Source: the human T2T-CHM13v2.0 reference genome, Homo sapiens
DNA: 64,000 bases
Assembly (NCBI RefSeq): GCF_009914755.1
Contig: NC_060948.1
Direction: 5' to 3' (one strand)
The position numbers and the translations under genes are program-made. Under the pieces are notes generated by a model, which was given only the letters and a program-made list of their open reading frames with translations, was not told the DNA's origin and ran no database searches. Of this stretch, positions 16,879-36,530 are shown in pieces (within the stretch, counting starts at the first letter, position 1; the number at the start of each line of letters is the position of its first letter).

Positions 16879-17170
16879 TTTTTTTTTAGACAGAATCTTG
16901 TCCTGTTGCACAGGGTGGGGTACAATGGCGCCATCTTTGCTCACTGCAACTTCTGCCTCACGGGTCCAAGCGATTGTCCTCCCTCAGCCTCCCACGTAGC
17001 TGGGACTACACCACACTGGGACTACACCAGCTGCCACCATGCCTAGCTAATTTTTTGTATTTTTAGTAGTGACAGCGTTTCACTGTATTGGCCAGGATGG
17101 TCTTGATCTCTTCACCTTGTGATCCCCTTGCCTTGGCCTCCAAATTTGCTGGGATTACAGGCCTGAGCCA
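16879..17170 (-). mobile_element. Alu, DYZ2 unit 8
   Basis: Same sequence as the unit 2 Alu. Confidence 0.93.
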
Positions 17171-19275
17171 AGATCCATATTTTTTAAATGAAAAAAAATT
17201 TCAAAGGTACTCTGCTTGGTACAATAATCAAATGTATAAACTGAGGAATAAAACATAACCATGAAACCTACTTATAACTGCATATGGAAAATACAGAGGA
17301 TAATTTTTTAAATAACATATTTTGAAAGCCTTAACTAGTAATTTGAAGAGCTGGCATTTGAAAGGCCAGTATGAATATACCTTCAAAGCAGCAACACAGG
17401 TTCCCCATGAGAAAAAGCAAACACAGGGAAAATAAAAACACAAAGGTTCAATCTCTTCTGACCTTTGAAAGACACAGCACAGACAGTGGTCCTTAGGACG
17501 AAGAGCAGGAGACCCCTAATTCCGTCACCATGGCGATAGGGCATAAACATTGCTGGGTGAGGGCACAATCCACATTGTGAGGTCCAACTGCTGCCATGAA
17601 GACAGGAGTGCTTTTACATAGACCGAAAGGTCATTGAAGGCTCAGAGTTTTGTTTCAAGAACTGAATCCCAAGCCCACACGTTATTAGGCTGCGCTTCTT
17701 AAAACAAGTTATGAGATGGGAAAAAGGGCACCCACAAACATACGTATACATTATGTATATAATAATATACAGTGTCATATATTTAATATATATAACCTAT
17801 GTATAATATTGTTTTACATCCTGCATCTTATGTTATATATATTGTATAAAATATAATAATTGATAATATATAAGTTTTATAATTATACAATATGACATAT
17901 AGTATATATTATAATTTATGACATATATAATATATGTTATATGTCATATATAGAATATATTATACGGTTAATATACGTATTAAATATAAATTATACATTA
18001 TATATATTATATATAATATATCTGTTATATATAATACCCATTATGCATAATATATATATTATATCTATGTTATATATAGTATAAAACAACATATAATAAT
18101 ATATAATTGTATATATAAAATGCGACATATAATATATATTATATTTTATAACATATGTAATATATATTATATATTATATATAATACGTTGTATGTATAAT
18201 ACCTATATTAAATATATATTATATGACTATGTTATTAATTACATGTCACATGTGTTATATATTATATATTTTACATAGAATATACCGGTTACATACAATA
18301 TATACTATGTTACCTATAATGTATAATTTATTACATGTAAAATAAAGAATGCAATATATTATGTATAATTTATAATATACCATATGTGGAATGTGATATA
18401 TATAACATATAATATATGATATATGATATACAGTATATGATATATAACATACAATATATGATTCCTAATATATATTGTATACAATATATATTTTATGATA
18501 TGTATTCTATATGTTTTATATTCTGTTATATATAACTATTTGAAATTATATATAACTGTATAATATTTTATGTAAATATGTAATATAATATATATAACTA
18601 TATAATATATTACATATAACTATATATTATGTTATATATACTTTTATAATATAATTTACATAAAATATCATAATGTAATATATATTATATTATTTCATAT
18701 TACATAATATATATTACATATCACCCAATATAACTAACATACATAATATTATAATATAGATTATATTGTGTTATATTAAATATCATATATATCATGTATC
18801 ATATATTCTATAATATATAATACACATTATATAATATGTATGTTGTCTATTATGTGATATATATAACTATATATATAATTATATTTTTATACATATAACT
18901 AGATAAACATGTAATTCTACATATTTTCATTTATAATATGTAGAATTATATAATCATATATAATTATTTATATTCTATAAAAAATTTTATCATTATATAA
19001 ATTATAATATATAAAAATTATAATATGTACTACAAATATATATATTATATATCATATATGATATAGTACCTTTGTTATATATCATAATACATATAAATGT
19101 GTATTATGTTATCTATAATTATATAATTTCATATATAAGATGTATAATATGTATCACATATTATATATGTTATGTAATATATATAGTATATATAAGATGA
19201 CACAGGATAAATATTATATACTATGACATATAAAATATATCAGGTTATATGTTACATATAAGGCATAGCACATAA

Positions 19276-19590
<315 letters not shown>

Positions 19591-21695
19591 AGATCCATAT
19601 TTTTTAAATGAAAAAAAATTTCAAAGGTACTCTGCTTGGTACAATAATCAAATGTATAAACTGAGGAATAAAACATAACCATGAAACCTACTTATAACTG
19701 CATATGGAAAATACAGAGGATAATTTTTTAAATAACATATTTTGAAAGCCTTAACTAGTAATTTGAAGAGTTGGCATTTGAAAGGCCAGTATGAATATAC
19801 CTTCAAAGCAGCAACACAGGTTCCCCATGAGAAAAAGCAAACACAGGGAAAATAAAAACACAAAGGTTCAATCTCTTCTGACCTTTGAAAGACACAGCAC
19901 AGACAGTGGTCCTTAGGACGAAGAGCAGGAGACCCCTAATTCCGTCACCATGGCGATAGGGCATAAACATTGCTGGGTGAGGGCACAATCCACATTGTGA
20001 GGTCCAACTGCTGCCAGGAAGACAGGAGTGCTTTTACATAGACCGAAAGGTCATTGAAGGCTCAGAGTTTTGTTTCAAGAACTGAATCCCAAGCCCACAC
20101 GTTATTAGGCTGCGCTTCTTAAAACAAGTTATGAGATGGGAAAAAGGGCACCCACAAACATACGTATACATTATGTATATAATAATATACAGTATCATAT
20201 ATATAATATATATAACCTATGTATAATATTGTTTTACATCCTGCATCTTATGTTATATATATTGTATAAAATATAATAATTGATAATATATAAGTTTTAT
20301 AAATATACAATATGACATATAGTATATATTATAATTTATGACATATATAATATATGTTATATGTCATATGTAGAATATATTATACGGTTAATATACGTAT
20401 TAAATATAAATTATACATTATATATATTATATATAATATATCTGTTATATATAATACCCATTATGCATAATATATATATTATGTCTATGTTATATAGAGT
20501 ATAAAACAACATATAATAATATATAATTGTATATATAAAATGCGACATATAATATATATTATATTTTATAACATATGTAATATATATTATATATTATATA
20601 TAATACGTTGTATGTATAATACCTATATTAAATATATATTATATGACTATGTTATTAATTACATGTCACATGTGTTATATATTATATATTTTACATAGAA
20701 TATACCGGTTAGATACAATATATACTATGTTACCTATAATGTATAATTTATTACATGTAAAATAAAGAATGCAATATATTATGTATAATTTATAATATAC
20801 AATATTTGGAATGTGATATATATAACATATAATATATGATATATGATATACAGTATATGATATATAACATACAATATATGATTCCTAATATATATGGTAT
20901 ACAATATATATTTTATGATATGTATTCTATATGTTTTATATTCTGTTATATATAACTATTTGAAATTATATATAACTGTATAATATTTTATGTAAATATG
21001 TAATATAATATATATAACTATATAATATATTATATATAACTATATATTATGTTATATATACTTTTATAACATAATTTACATAAAATATCATAATATAATA
21101 TATATTATATTATTTCATATTACATAATATATATTACATATCACCCAATATAACTAACATACATAATATTATAATATAGATTATATTATGTTATATTAAA
21201 TATCATATATATCATGTATCATATATTCTATAATATATATTACACTTTATATAATATGTATGTTGTCTATTATGTGATATATATAACTATATATATAATT
21301 ATATTTTTATACATATAACTAGATAAACATGTAATTCTACATATTTTCATTTATAATATGTAGAATTATATAATCATATATAATTATTTATATTCTATAA
21401 AAAATTTTATCATTACATAAATTATAATATATAAAAATTATAATATGTACTACAAATATATATATTATATATCATATATGATATAGTACCTTTGTTATAT
21501 ATCATAATACATATAAATGTGTATTATGTTATCTATAATTATATAATTTCATATATAAGATGTATAATATGTATCATATATTATATATGTTATGTAATAT
21601 ATATAGTATATATAAGATGACACAGGATAAATATTATATACTATGACATATAAAATATATGAGGTTATATGTTACATATAAGGCATAGCACATAA

Positions 21696-22010
<315 letters not shown>

Positions 22011-24115
22011 AGATCCATATTTTTTAAATGAAAAAAAATTTCAAAGGTACTCTGCTTGGTACAATAATCAAATGTATAAACTGAGGAATAAAACATAACC
22101 ATGAAACCTACTTATAACTGCATATGGAAAATACAGAGGATAATTTTTTAAATAACATATTTTGAAAGCCTTAACTAGTAATTTGAAGAGTTGGCATTTG
22201 AAAGGCCAGTATGAATGTACCTTCAAAGCAGCAACACAGGTTCCCCATGAGAAAAAGCAAACACAGGGAAAATAAAAACACAAAGGTTCAATCTCTTCTG
22301 ACCTTTGAAAGACACAGCACAGACAGTGGTCCTTAGGACGAAGAGCAGGAGACCCCTAATTCCGTCACCATGGCGATAGGGCATAAACATTGCTGGGTGA
22401 GGGCACAATCCACATTGTGAGGTCCAACTGCTGCCAGGAAGACAGGAGTGCTTTTACACAGACCGAAAGGTCATTGAAGGCTCAGAGTTTTGTTTCAAGA
22501 ACTGAATCCCAAGCCCACACGTTATTAGGCTGCGCTTCTTAAAACAAGTTATGAGATGGGAAAAAGGGCACCCACAAACATACGTATACATTATGTATAT
22601 AATAATATACAGTATCATATATATAATATATATAACCTATGTATAATATTGTTTTACATCCTGCATCTTATGTTATATATATTGTATAAAATATAATAAT
22701 TGATAATATATAAGTTTTATAAATATACAATATGACATATAGTATATATTATAATTTATGACATATATAATATATGTTATATGTCATATATAGAATATAT
22801 TATACGGTTAATATACGTATTAAATATAAATTATACATTATATATATTATATATAATATATCTGTTATATATAATACCCATTATGCATAATATATATATT
22901 ATGTCTATGTTATATATAGTATAAAACAACATATAATAATATATAATTGTATATATAAAATGCGACATATAATATATATTATATTTTATAACATATGTAA
23001 TATATATTATATATTATATATAATACGTTGTATGTAAAATACCTATATTAAATATATATTATATGACTATGTTATTAATTACATGTCACATGTGTTATAT
23101 ATTATATATTTTACATAGAATATACCGGTTACATACAATATATACTATGTTACCTATAATGTATAATTTATTACATGTAAAATAAAGAATGCAATATATT
23201 ATATATAATTTATAATATACCATATGTGGAATGTGATATATATAACATATAATATATGATATATGATATACAGTATATGATATATAACATACAATATATG
23301 ATTCCTAATATATATGGTATACAATATGTATTTTATGATATGTATTCTATATGTTTTATATTCTGTTATATATAACTATTTGAAATTATATATAACTGTA
23401 TAATATTTTATGTAAATATGTAATATAATATATATAACTATATAATATATTATATATAACTATATATTATGTTATATATACTTTTATAACATAATTTACA
23501 TAAAATATCATAATATAATATATATTATATTATTTCATATTACATAATATATATTACATATCACCCAGTATAACTAACATACATAATATTATAATATAGA
23601 TTATATTATGTTATATTAAATATCATATAAATCATGTATCATATATTCTATAATATATATTACACATTATATAATATGTATGTTGTCTATTATGTGATAT
23701 ATATAACTATATATATAATTATATTTTTATACATATAACTAGATAAACATGTAATTCTACATATTTTCATTTATAATATGTAGAATTATATAATCATATG
23801 TAATTATTTATATACTATAAAAAATTTTATCATTACATAAATTATAATATATAAAAATTATAATATGTACTACAAATATATATATTATATATCATATATG
23901 ATATAGTACCTTTGTTATATATCATAATACATATAAATGTGTATTATGTTATCTATAATTATATAATTTCATATATAAGATGTATAATATGTATCATATA
24001 TTATATATGTTATATAATATATATAGTATATATAAGATGACACAGGATAAATATTATATACTATGACATATAAAATATATGAGGTTATATGTTACATATA
24101 AGGCATAGCACATAA

Positions 24116-24430
<315 letters not shown>

Positions 24431-26556
24431 AGATCCATATTTTGTAAATGAAAAAAAATTTCAAAGGTACTCTGCTTGGTACAATAATCAAATGTATAAA
24501 CTGAGGAATAAAACATAACCATGAAACCTACTTATAACTGCATATGGAAAATACAGAGGATAATTTTTTAAATAACATATTTTGAAAGCCTTAACTAGTA
24601 ATTTGAAGAGTTGGCATTTGAAAGGCCAGTATGAATATACCTTCAAAGCAGCAACACAGGTTCCCCATGAGAAAAAGCAAACACAGGGAAAATAAAAACA
24701 CAAAGGTTCAATCTCTTCTGACCTTTGAAAGACACAGCACAGACAGTGGTCCTTAGGACGAAGAGCAGGAGACCCCTAATTCCGTCACCATGGCGATAGG
24801 GCATAAACATTGCTGGGTGAGGGCACAATCCACATTGTGAGGTCCAACTGCTGCCAGGAAGACAGGAGTGCTTTTACATAGACCGAAAGGTCATTGAAGG
24901 CTCAGAGTTTTGTTTCAAGAACTGAATCCCAAGCCCACACGTTATTAGGCTGCGCTTCTTAAAACAAGTTATGAGATGGGAAAAAGGGCACCCACAAACA
25001 TACGTATACATTATGTATATAATAATATACAGTATCATATATATAATATATATAACCTATGTATAATATTGTTTTACATCCTGCATCTTATGTTATATAT
25101 ATTGTATAAAATATAATAATTGATAATATATAAGTTTTATAATTATACAATATGACATATAGTATATATTATAATTTATGACATATATAATATATGTTAT
25201 ATATCATATATAGAATATATTATACGGTTAATATACGTATTAAATATAAATTATACATTATATATATTATATATAATATATCAGTTATATATAATACCCA
25301 TTATGCATAATATATATATTATGTCTATGTTATATATAGTATAAAACAACATATAATAATATATAATTGTATATATAAAATGCGACATATAATATATATT
25401 ATATTTTATGACATATGTAATATATATTATATATTATATATAATACGTTGTATGTATAATACCTATATTAAATATATATTATATGACTATGTTATTAATT
25501 ACATGTCACATGTGTTATATATTATATATTTTACATAGAATATCCCGGTTACATACAATATATACTATGTTACCTATAATGTATAATTTATTACATGTAA
25601 AATAAAGAATGCAATATATTATGTATAATTTATAATATACAATATGTGGAATGTGATATATATAACATATAATATATGATATATGATATACAGTATATGA
25701 TATATAACATACAATATGATTCCTAATATATACGGTATACAATATATATTTTATGATATGTATTCTATATGTTTTATATTCTGTTATATATAACTATTTG
25801 AAATTATATATAACTGTATAATATTTTATGTAAATATGTAATATAATATATATAACTATATAATATATTATATATAACTATATATTATGTTATATATACT
25901 TTTATAACATAATTTACATAAAATATCATAATATAATATATATTATATTATTTCATATTACATAATATATATTACATATCACCCAATATAACTAACATAC
26001 ATAATATTATAATATAGATTATATTGTGTTATATTAAATATCATATATATCATGTATCATATATTCTATAATATATATTACACATTATATAATATGTATG
26101 TTGTCTATTAGGTGATATATATAACTATATATATAATTATATTTTTATACATATAACTAGATAAACATGTAATTCTACATATTTTCATTTATAATATGTA
26201 GAATTATATAATCATATATAATTATTTATATTCTATAAAAAATTTTATCATTATATAAATTATAATATATAAAAATTATAATATGTACTACAAATATATA
26301 AATTATATATCATATATGATATAGTACCTTTGTTATATATCATAATACATATAAATGTGTATTATGATATCTATAATTATGTAATTTCATATATAAGATG
26401 TATAATATGTATCATATATTATATATGTTATGTAATATATATAGTATATATAAGATGACACAGGATAAATATCATATACTATGACATATTAAATATATGA
26501 GGTTATATGTTACATATAAGGCATAGCACATAACATGTAATATATATCATATATAA

Positions 26557-26848
26557 TTTTTTTTTAGACAGAATCTTGTCCTGTTGCACACGGTGGGGTA
26601 CAATGGCGCCATCTTTGCTCACTGCAACTTCTGCCTCACGGGTCCAAGCGATTGTCCTCCCTCAGCCTCCCAGGTAGCTGGGACTACACCACACTGGGAC
26701 TACACCAGCTGCCACCATGCCTAGCTAATTTTTTGGATTTTTAGTAGTGACAGCGTTTCACTGTATTGGCCAGGATGGTCTTGATCTCTTCACCTTGTGA
26801 TCCCCTTGCCTTGGCCTCCAAATTTGCTGGGATTACAGGCCTGAGCCA
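26557..26848 (-). mobile_element. Alu, DYZ2 unit 12
   Basis: Same sequence as the unit 2 Alu. Confidence 0.93.
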
Positions 26849-28976
26849 AGATCCATATTTTTTAAATGAAAAAAAATTTCAAAGGCACTCTGCTTGGTAC
26901 AATAATCAAATGTATAAACTGAGGAATAAAACATAACCATGAAACCTACTTATAACTGCATATGGAAAATACAGAGGATAATTTTTTAAATAACATATTT
27001 TGAAAGCCTTAACTAGTAATTTGAAGAGTTGGCATTTGAAAGGCCAGTATGAATATACCTTCAAAGCAGCAACACAGGTTCCCCATGAGAAAAAGCAAAC
27101 ACAGGGAAAATAAAAACACAAAGGTTCAATCTCTTCTGACCTTTGAAAGACACAGCACAGACAGTGGTCCTTAGGACGAAGAGCAGGAGACCCCTAATTC
27201 CGTCACCATGGCGATAGGGCATAAACATTGCTGGGTGAGGGCACAATCCACATTGTGAGGTCCAACTGCTGCCAGGAAGACAGGAGTGCTTTTACATAGA
27301 CCGAAAGGTCATTGAAGGCTCAGAGTTTTGTTTCAAGAACTGAATCCCAAGCCCACACGTTATTAGGCTGCGCTTCTTAAAACAAGTTATGAGATGGGAA
27401 AAAGGGCACCCACAAACATACGTATACATTATGTATATAATAATATACAGTATCATATATATAATATATATAACCTATGTATAATATTGTTTTACATCCT
27501 GCATCTTATGTTATATATATTGTATAAAATATAATAATTGATAATATATAAGTTTTATAATTATACAATATGACATATAGTATATATTATAATTTATGAC
27601 ATATATAATATATGTTATATGTCATATATAGAATATATTATACGGTTAATATACGTATTAAATATAAATTATACATTATATATATTATATATAATATATC
27701 TGTTATATATAATACCCATTATGCATAATATATATATTATGTCTATGTTATATATAGTATAAAACAACATATAATAATATATAATTGTATATATAAAATG
27801 CGACATATAATATATATTATATTTTATAACATATGTAATATATATTATATATTATATATAATACGTTGTATGTATAATACCTATATTAAATATATATTAT
27901 ATGACTATGTTATTAATTACATGTCACATGTGTTATATATTATATATTTTACATAGAATATACCGGTTACATACAATATATACTATGTTACCTATAATGT
28001 ATAATTTATTACATGTAAAATAAAGAATGCAATATATTATGTATAATTTATAATATACCATATGTGGAATGTGATATATATAACATGTAATATATGATAT
28101 ATGATATACAGTATATGATATATAACATACAATATATGATTCCTAATATATATGGTATACAATATATATTTTATGATATGTATTCTATATGTTTTATATT
28201 CTGTTATATATAACTATTTGAAATTATAAATAACTGTATAATATTTTATGTAAATATGTAATATAATATATATAACTATATAATATATTATATATAACTA
28301 TATATTATGTTATATATACTTTTATAACATAATTTACATAAAATATCATAATATAATATATATTATATTATTTCATATTACATAATATATATTTCATATC
28401 ACCCAATATAACTAACATACATAATATTATAATATAGATTATATTGTGTTATATTAAATATCATATATATCATGTATCATATATTCTATAATATATATTA
28501 CACATTATATAGTATGTATGTTGTCTATTATGTGATATATATAACTATATATATAATTATATTTTTATACATATAACTAGATAAACATGTAATTCTACAT
28601 ATTTTCATTTATAATATGTAGAATTATGTAATCATATATAATTATTTATATTCTATAAAAAATTTTATCATTATATAAATTATAATATATAAAAATTATA
28701 ATATGTACTACAAATATATATATTATATATCATATATGATATAGTACCTTTGTTATATTTCATAATACATATAAATGTGTATTATGTTATCTATAATTAT
28801 ATAATTTCATATATAAGATGTATAATATGTATCATATATTATATATGTTATGTAATATATATAGTATATATAAGATGACACAGGATAAATATTATATACT
28901 ATGACATATAAAATATATGAGGTTATATGTTACATATAAGGCATAGCACATAACATGTAATATATATCATATATAA

Positions 28977-29268
28977 TTTTTTTTTAGACAGAATCTTGTC
29001 CTGTTGCACAGTGTGGGGTACAATGGCGCCATCTTTGCTCACTGCAACTTCTGCCTCACGGGTTCAAGCGATTGTCCTCCCTCAGCCTCCCAGGTAGCTG
29101 GGACTACAGCACACTGGGACTACACCAGATGCCACCATGCCTAGCTAATTTTTTGGATTTTTAGTAGTGACAGCGTTTCACTGTATTGGCCAGGATGGTC
29201 TTGATCTCTTCACCTTGTGATCCCCTTGCCTTGGCCTCCAAATTTGCTGGGATTACAGGCCTGAGCCA
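28977..29268 (-). mobile_element. Alu, DYZ2 unit 13
   Basis: Same sequence; private variants shared with unit 14. Confidence 0.93.
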
Positions 29269-31396
29269 AGATCCATATTTTTTAAATGAAAAAAAATTTC
29301 AAAGGTACTCTGCTTGGTACAATAATCAAATGTATAAACTGAGGAATAAAACATAACCATGAAACCTACTTATAACTGCATATGGAAAATACAGAGGATA
29401 ATTTTTTAAATAACATATTTTGAAAGCCTTAACTAGTAATTTGAAGAGTTGGCATTTGAAAGGCCAGTATGAATATACCTTCAAAGCAGCAACACAGGTT
29501 CCCCATGAGAAAAAGCAAACACAGGGAAAATAAAAACACAAAGGTTCAATCTCTTCTGACCTTTGAAAGACACAGCACAGACAGTGGTCCTTAGGACGAA
29601 GAGCAGGAGACCCCTAATTCCGTCACCATGGCGATAGGGCATAAACATTGCTGGGTGAGGGCACAATCCACATTGTGAGGTCCAACTGCTGCCAGGAAGA
29701 CAGGAGTGCTTTTACATAGACCGAAAGGTCATTGAAGGCTCAGAGTTTTGTTTCAAGAACTGAATCCCAAGCCCACACGTTATTAGGCTGCGCTTCTTAA
29801 AACAAGTTATGAGATGGGAAAAAGGGCACCCACAAACATACGTATACATTATGTATATAATAATATACAGTATCATATATATAATATATATAACCTATGT
29901 ATAATATTGTTTTACATCCTGCATCTTATGTTATATATATTGTATAAAATATAATAATTGATAATATATAAGTTTTATAATTATACAATATGACATATAG
30001 TATATATTATAATTTATGACATATATAATATATGTTATATGTCATATATAGAATATATTATACGGTTAATATACGTATTAAATATAAATTATACATTATA
30101 TATATTATATATAATATATCTGTTATATATAATACCCATTATGCATAATATATATATTATGTCTATGTTATATATAGTATAAAACAACATATAATAATAT
30201 ATAATTGTATATATAAAATGCGACATATAATATATATTATATTTTATAACATATGTAATATATATTATATATTATATATAATACGTTGTATGTATAATAC
30301 CTATATTAAATATATATTATATGACTATGTTATTAATTACATGTCACATGTGTTATATATTATATATTTTACATAGAATATACCGGTTACATACAATATA
30401 TACTATGTTACCTATAATGTATAATTTATTACATGTAAAATAAAGAATGCAATATATTATGTATAATTTATAATATACCATATGTGGAATGTGATATATA
30501 TAACATGTAATATATGATATATGATATACAGTATATGATATATAACATACAATATATGATTCCTAATATATATGGTATACAATATATATTTTATGATATG
30601 TATTCTATATGTTTTATATTCTGTTATATATAACTATTTGAAATTATAAATAACTGTATAATATTTTATGTAAATATGTAATATAATATATATAACTATA
30701 TAATATATTATATATAACTATATATTATGTTATATATACTTTTATAACATAATTTACATAAAATATCATAATATAATATATATTATATTATTTCATATTA
30801 CATAATATATATTTCATATCACCCAATATAACTAACATACATAATATTATAATATAGATTATATTGTGTTATATTAAATATCATATATATCATGTATCAT
30901 ATATTCTATAATATATATTACACATTATATAGTATGTATGTTGTCTATTATGTGATATATATAACTATATATATAATTATATTTTTATACATATAACTAG
31001 ATAAACATGTAATTCTACATATTTTCATTTATAATATGTAGAATTATGTAATCATATATAATTATTTATATTCTATAAAAAATTTTATCATTATATAAAT
31101 TATAATATATAAAAATTATAATATGTACTACAAATATATATATTATATATCATATATGATATAGTACCTTTGTTATATTTCATAATACATATAAATGTGT
31201 ATTATGTTATCTATAATTATATAATTTCATATATAAGATGTATAATATGTATCATATATTATATATGTTATGTAATATATATAGTATATATAAGATGACA
31301 CAGGATAAATATTATATACTATGACATATAAAATATATGAGGTTATATGTTACATATAAGGCATAGCACATAACATGTAATATATATCATATATAA

Positions 31397-31688
31397 TTTT
31401 TTTTTAGACAGAATCTTGTCCTGTTGCACAGTGTGGGGTACAATGGCGCCATCTTTGCTCACTGCAACTTCTGCCTCACGGGTTCAAGCGATTGTCCTCC
31501 CTCAGCCTCCCAGGTAGCTGGGACTACAGCACACTGGGACTACACCAGATGCCACCATGCCTAGCTAATTTTTTGGATTTTTAGTAGTGACAGCGTTTCA
31601 CTGTATTGGCCAGGATGGTCTTGATCTCTTCACCTTGTGATCCCCTTGCCTTGGCCTCCAAATTTGCTGGGATTACAGGCCTGAGCCA
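31397..31688 (-). mobile_element. Alu, DYZ2 unit 14
   Basis: Same sequence; private variants shared with unit 13. Confidence 0.93.
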
Positions 31689-33795
31689 AGATCCATATTT
31701 TTTAAATGAAAAAAAATTTCAAAGGTACTCTGCTTGGTACAATAATCAAATGTATAAACTGAGGAATAAAACATAACCATGAAACCTACTTATAACTGCA
31801 TATGGAAAATACAGAGGATAATTTTTTAAATAACATATTTTGAAAGCCTTAACTAGTAATTTGAAGAGTTGGCATTTGAAAGGCCAGTATGAATATACCT
31901 TCAAAGCAGCAACACAGGTTCCCCATGAGAAAAAGCAAACACAGGGAAAATAAAAACACAAAGGTTCAATCTCTTCTGACCTTTGAAAGACACAGCACAG
32001 ACAGTGGTCCTTAGGACGAAGAGCAGGAGACCCCTAATTCCGTCACCATGGCGATAGGGCATAAACATTGCTGGGTGAGGGCACAATCCACATTGTGAGG
32101 TCCAACTGCTGCCAGGAAGACAGGAGTGCTTTTACATAGACCGAAAGGTCATTGAAGGCTCAGAGTTTTGTTTCAAGAACTGAATCCCAAGCCCACAGGT
32201 TATTAGGCTGCGCTTCTTAAAACGAGTTATGAGATGGGAAAAAGGGCACCCACAAACATACGTATACATTATGTATATAATAATATACAGTATCATATAT
32301 ATAATATATATAACCTATGTATAATATTGTTTTACATCCTGCATCTTATGTTATATATATTGTATAAAATATAATAATTGATAATATATAAGTTTTATAA
32401 TTATACAATATGACATATAGTATATATTATAATTTATGACATATATAATATATGTTATATGTCATATATAGAATATATTATACGGTTAATATACGTATTA
32501 AATATAAATTATACATTATATATATTATATATAATATATCTGTTATATATAATACCCATTATGCATAATATATATATTATGTCTATGTTATATATAGTAT
32601 AAAACAACATATAATAATATATAATTGTATATATAAAATGCGACATATAATATATATTATATTTTATAACATATGTAATATATATTATATATTATATATA
32701 ATACGTTGTATGTATAATACCTATATTAAATATATATTATATGACTATGTTATTAATTACATGTCACATGTGTTATATATTATATATTTTACATAGAATA
32801 TACCGGTTACATACAATATATACTATGTTACCTATAATGTATAATTTATTACATGTAAAATAAAGAATGCAATATATTATGTACAATTTATAATATACAA
32901 TATGTGGAATGTGATATATATAACATATAATATATGATATATGATATACAGTATATGATATATAACATACAATATATGATTCCTAATATATATGGTATAC
33001 AATATATATTTTATGATATGTATTCTATATGTTTTATATTCTGTTATATATAACTATTTGAAATTATAAATAACTGTATAATATTTTATGTAAATATGTA
33101 ATATAATATATATAAATATATAATATATTATATATAACTATATATTATGTTATATATACTTTTATAACATAATTTACATAAAATATCATAATATAATATA
33201 TATTATATTATTTCATATTACATAATATATATTACATATCACCCAATATAACTAGCATACATAATATTATAATATAGATTATATTGTGTTATATTAAATA
33301 TCATATATATCATGTATCATATATTCTATAATATATATTACACATTATATAATATGTATGTTGTCTATTATGTGATATATATAACTATATATATAATTAT
33401 ATTTTTATACATATAACTAGATAAACATGTAATTCTACATATTTTCATTTATAATATGTAGAATTATATAATCATATATAATTATTTATATTCTATAAAA
33501 AATTTTATCATTATATAAATTATAATATATAAAAATTATAATATGTACTACAAATATATATATATTATATATCATATATGATATAGTACCTTTGTTATAT
33601 ATCATAATACATATAAATGTGTATTATGTTATCTATAATTATATAATTTCATATATAAGATGTATAATATGTATCATATATTATATATGTTATGTAATAT
33701 ATATAGTATATATAAGATGACACAGGATAAATATTATATACTATGACATATAAAATATATGAGGTTATTTGTTACATATAAGGCATAGCACATAA

Positions 33796-34110
<315 letters not shown>

Positions 34111-36215
34111 AGATCCATATTTTTTAAATGAAAAAAAATTTCAAAGGTACTCTGCTTGGTACAATAATCAAATGTATAAACTGAGGAATAAAACATAACC
34201 ATGAAACCTACTTATAACTGCATATGGAAAATACAGAGGATAATTTTTTAAATAACATATTTTGAAAGCCTTAACTAGTAATTTGAAGAGTTGGCATTTG
34301 AAAGGCCAGTATGAATATACCTTCAAAGCAGCAACACAGGTTCCCCATGAGAAAAAGCAAACACAGGGAAAATAAAAACACAAAGGTTCAATCTCTTCTG
34401 ACCTTTGAAAGACACAGCACAGACAGTGGTCCTTAGGACGAAGAGCAGGAGACCCCTAATTCCGTCACCATGGCGATAGGGCATAAACATTGCTGGGTGA
34501 GGGCACAATCCACATTGTGAGGTCCAACTGCTGCCAGGAAGACAGGAGTGCTTTTACATAGACCGAAAGGTCATTGAAGGCTCAGAGTTTTGTTTCAAGA
34601 ACTGAATCCCAAGCCCACACGTTATTAGGCTGCGCTTCTTAAAACAAGTTATGAGATGGGAAAAAGGGCACCCACAAACATACGTATACATTATGTATAT
34701 AATAATATACAGTATCATATATATAATATATATAACCTATGTATAATATTGTTTTACATCCTGCATCTTATGTTATATATATTGTATAAAATATAATAAT
34801 TGATAATATATAAGTTTTATAATTATACAATATGACATATAGTATATATTATAATTTATGACATATATAATATATGTTATATATCATATATAGAATATAT
34901 TATACGGTTAATATACGTATTAAATATAAATTATACATTATATATATTATATATAATATATCTGTTATATATAATACCCATTATGCATAATATATATATT
35001 ATGTCTATGTTATATATAGTATAAAACAACATATAATAATATATAATTGTATATATAAAATGCGACATATAATATATATTATATTTTATAACATATGTAA
35101 TATATATTATATATTATATATAATACGTTGTATGTATAATACCTATATTAAATATATATTATATGACTATGTTATTAATTACATGTCACATGTGTTATAT
35201 ATTATATATTTTACGTAGAATATACCGGTTACATACAATATATACTATGTTACCTATAATGTATAATTTATTACATGTAAAATAAAGAATGCAATATATT
35301 ATGTAAAATTTATAATATACAATATGTGGAATGTGATATATATAACATATAATATATGATATATGATATACAGTATATGATATATAACATACAATATATG
35401 ATTCCTAATATATATGGTATACAATATATATTTTATGATATGTATTCTATAGGTTTTATATTCTGTTATATATAACTATTTGAAATTATATATAACTGTA
35501 TAATATTTTATGTAAATATGAAATATAATATATATAACTATATAATATATTATATATAACTATATATTATGTTATATATACTTTTATAACATAATTTACA
35601 TAAAATATCATAATATAATATATATTATATTATTTCATATTACATAATATATATTACATATCACCCAATATAACTAACATACATAATATTATAATATAGA
35701 TTATATTATGTTATATTAAATATCATATATATCATGTATCATATATTCTATAATATATATTACACATTATATAATATGTATGTTGTCTATTATGTGATAT
35801 ATATAACTATATATATAATTATATTTTTATACATATAACTAGATAAACATGTAATTCTACATATTTTCATTTATAATATGTAGAATTATATAATCATATA
35901 TAATTATTTATATTCTATAAAAAATTTTATCATTATATAAATTATAATATATAAAAATTATAATATGTACTACACATATATATATTATATATCATATATG
36001 ATATAGTACCTTTGTTATATATCATAATACATATAAATGTGTATTTTGTTATCTATAATTATATAATTTCATATATAAGATGTATAATATGTATCATATA
36101 TTATATATGTTATGTAATATATATAGTATATATAAGATGACACAGGATAAATATTATATACTATGACATATAAAATATATGAGGTTATATGTTACATATA
36201 AGGCATAGCACATAA

Positions 36216-36530
<315 letters not shown>

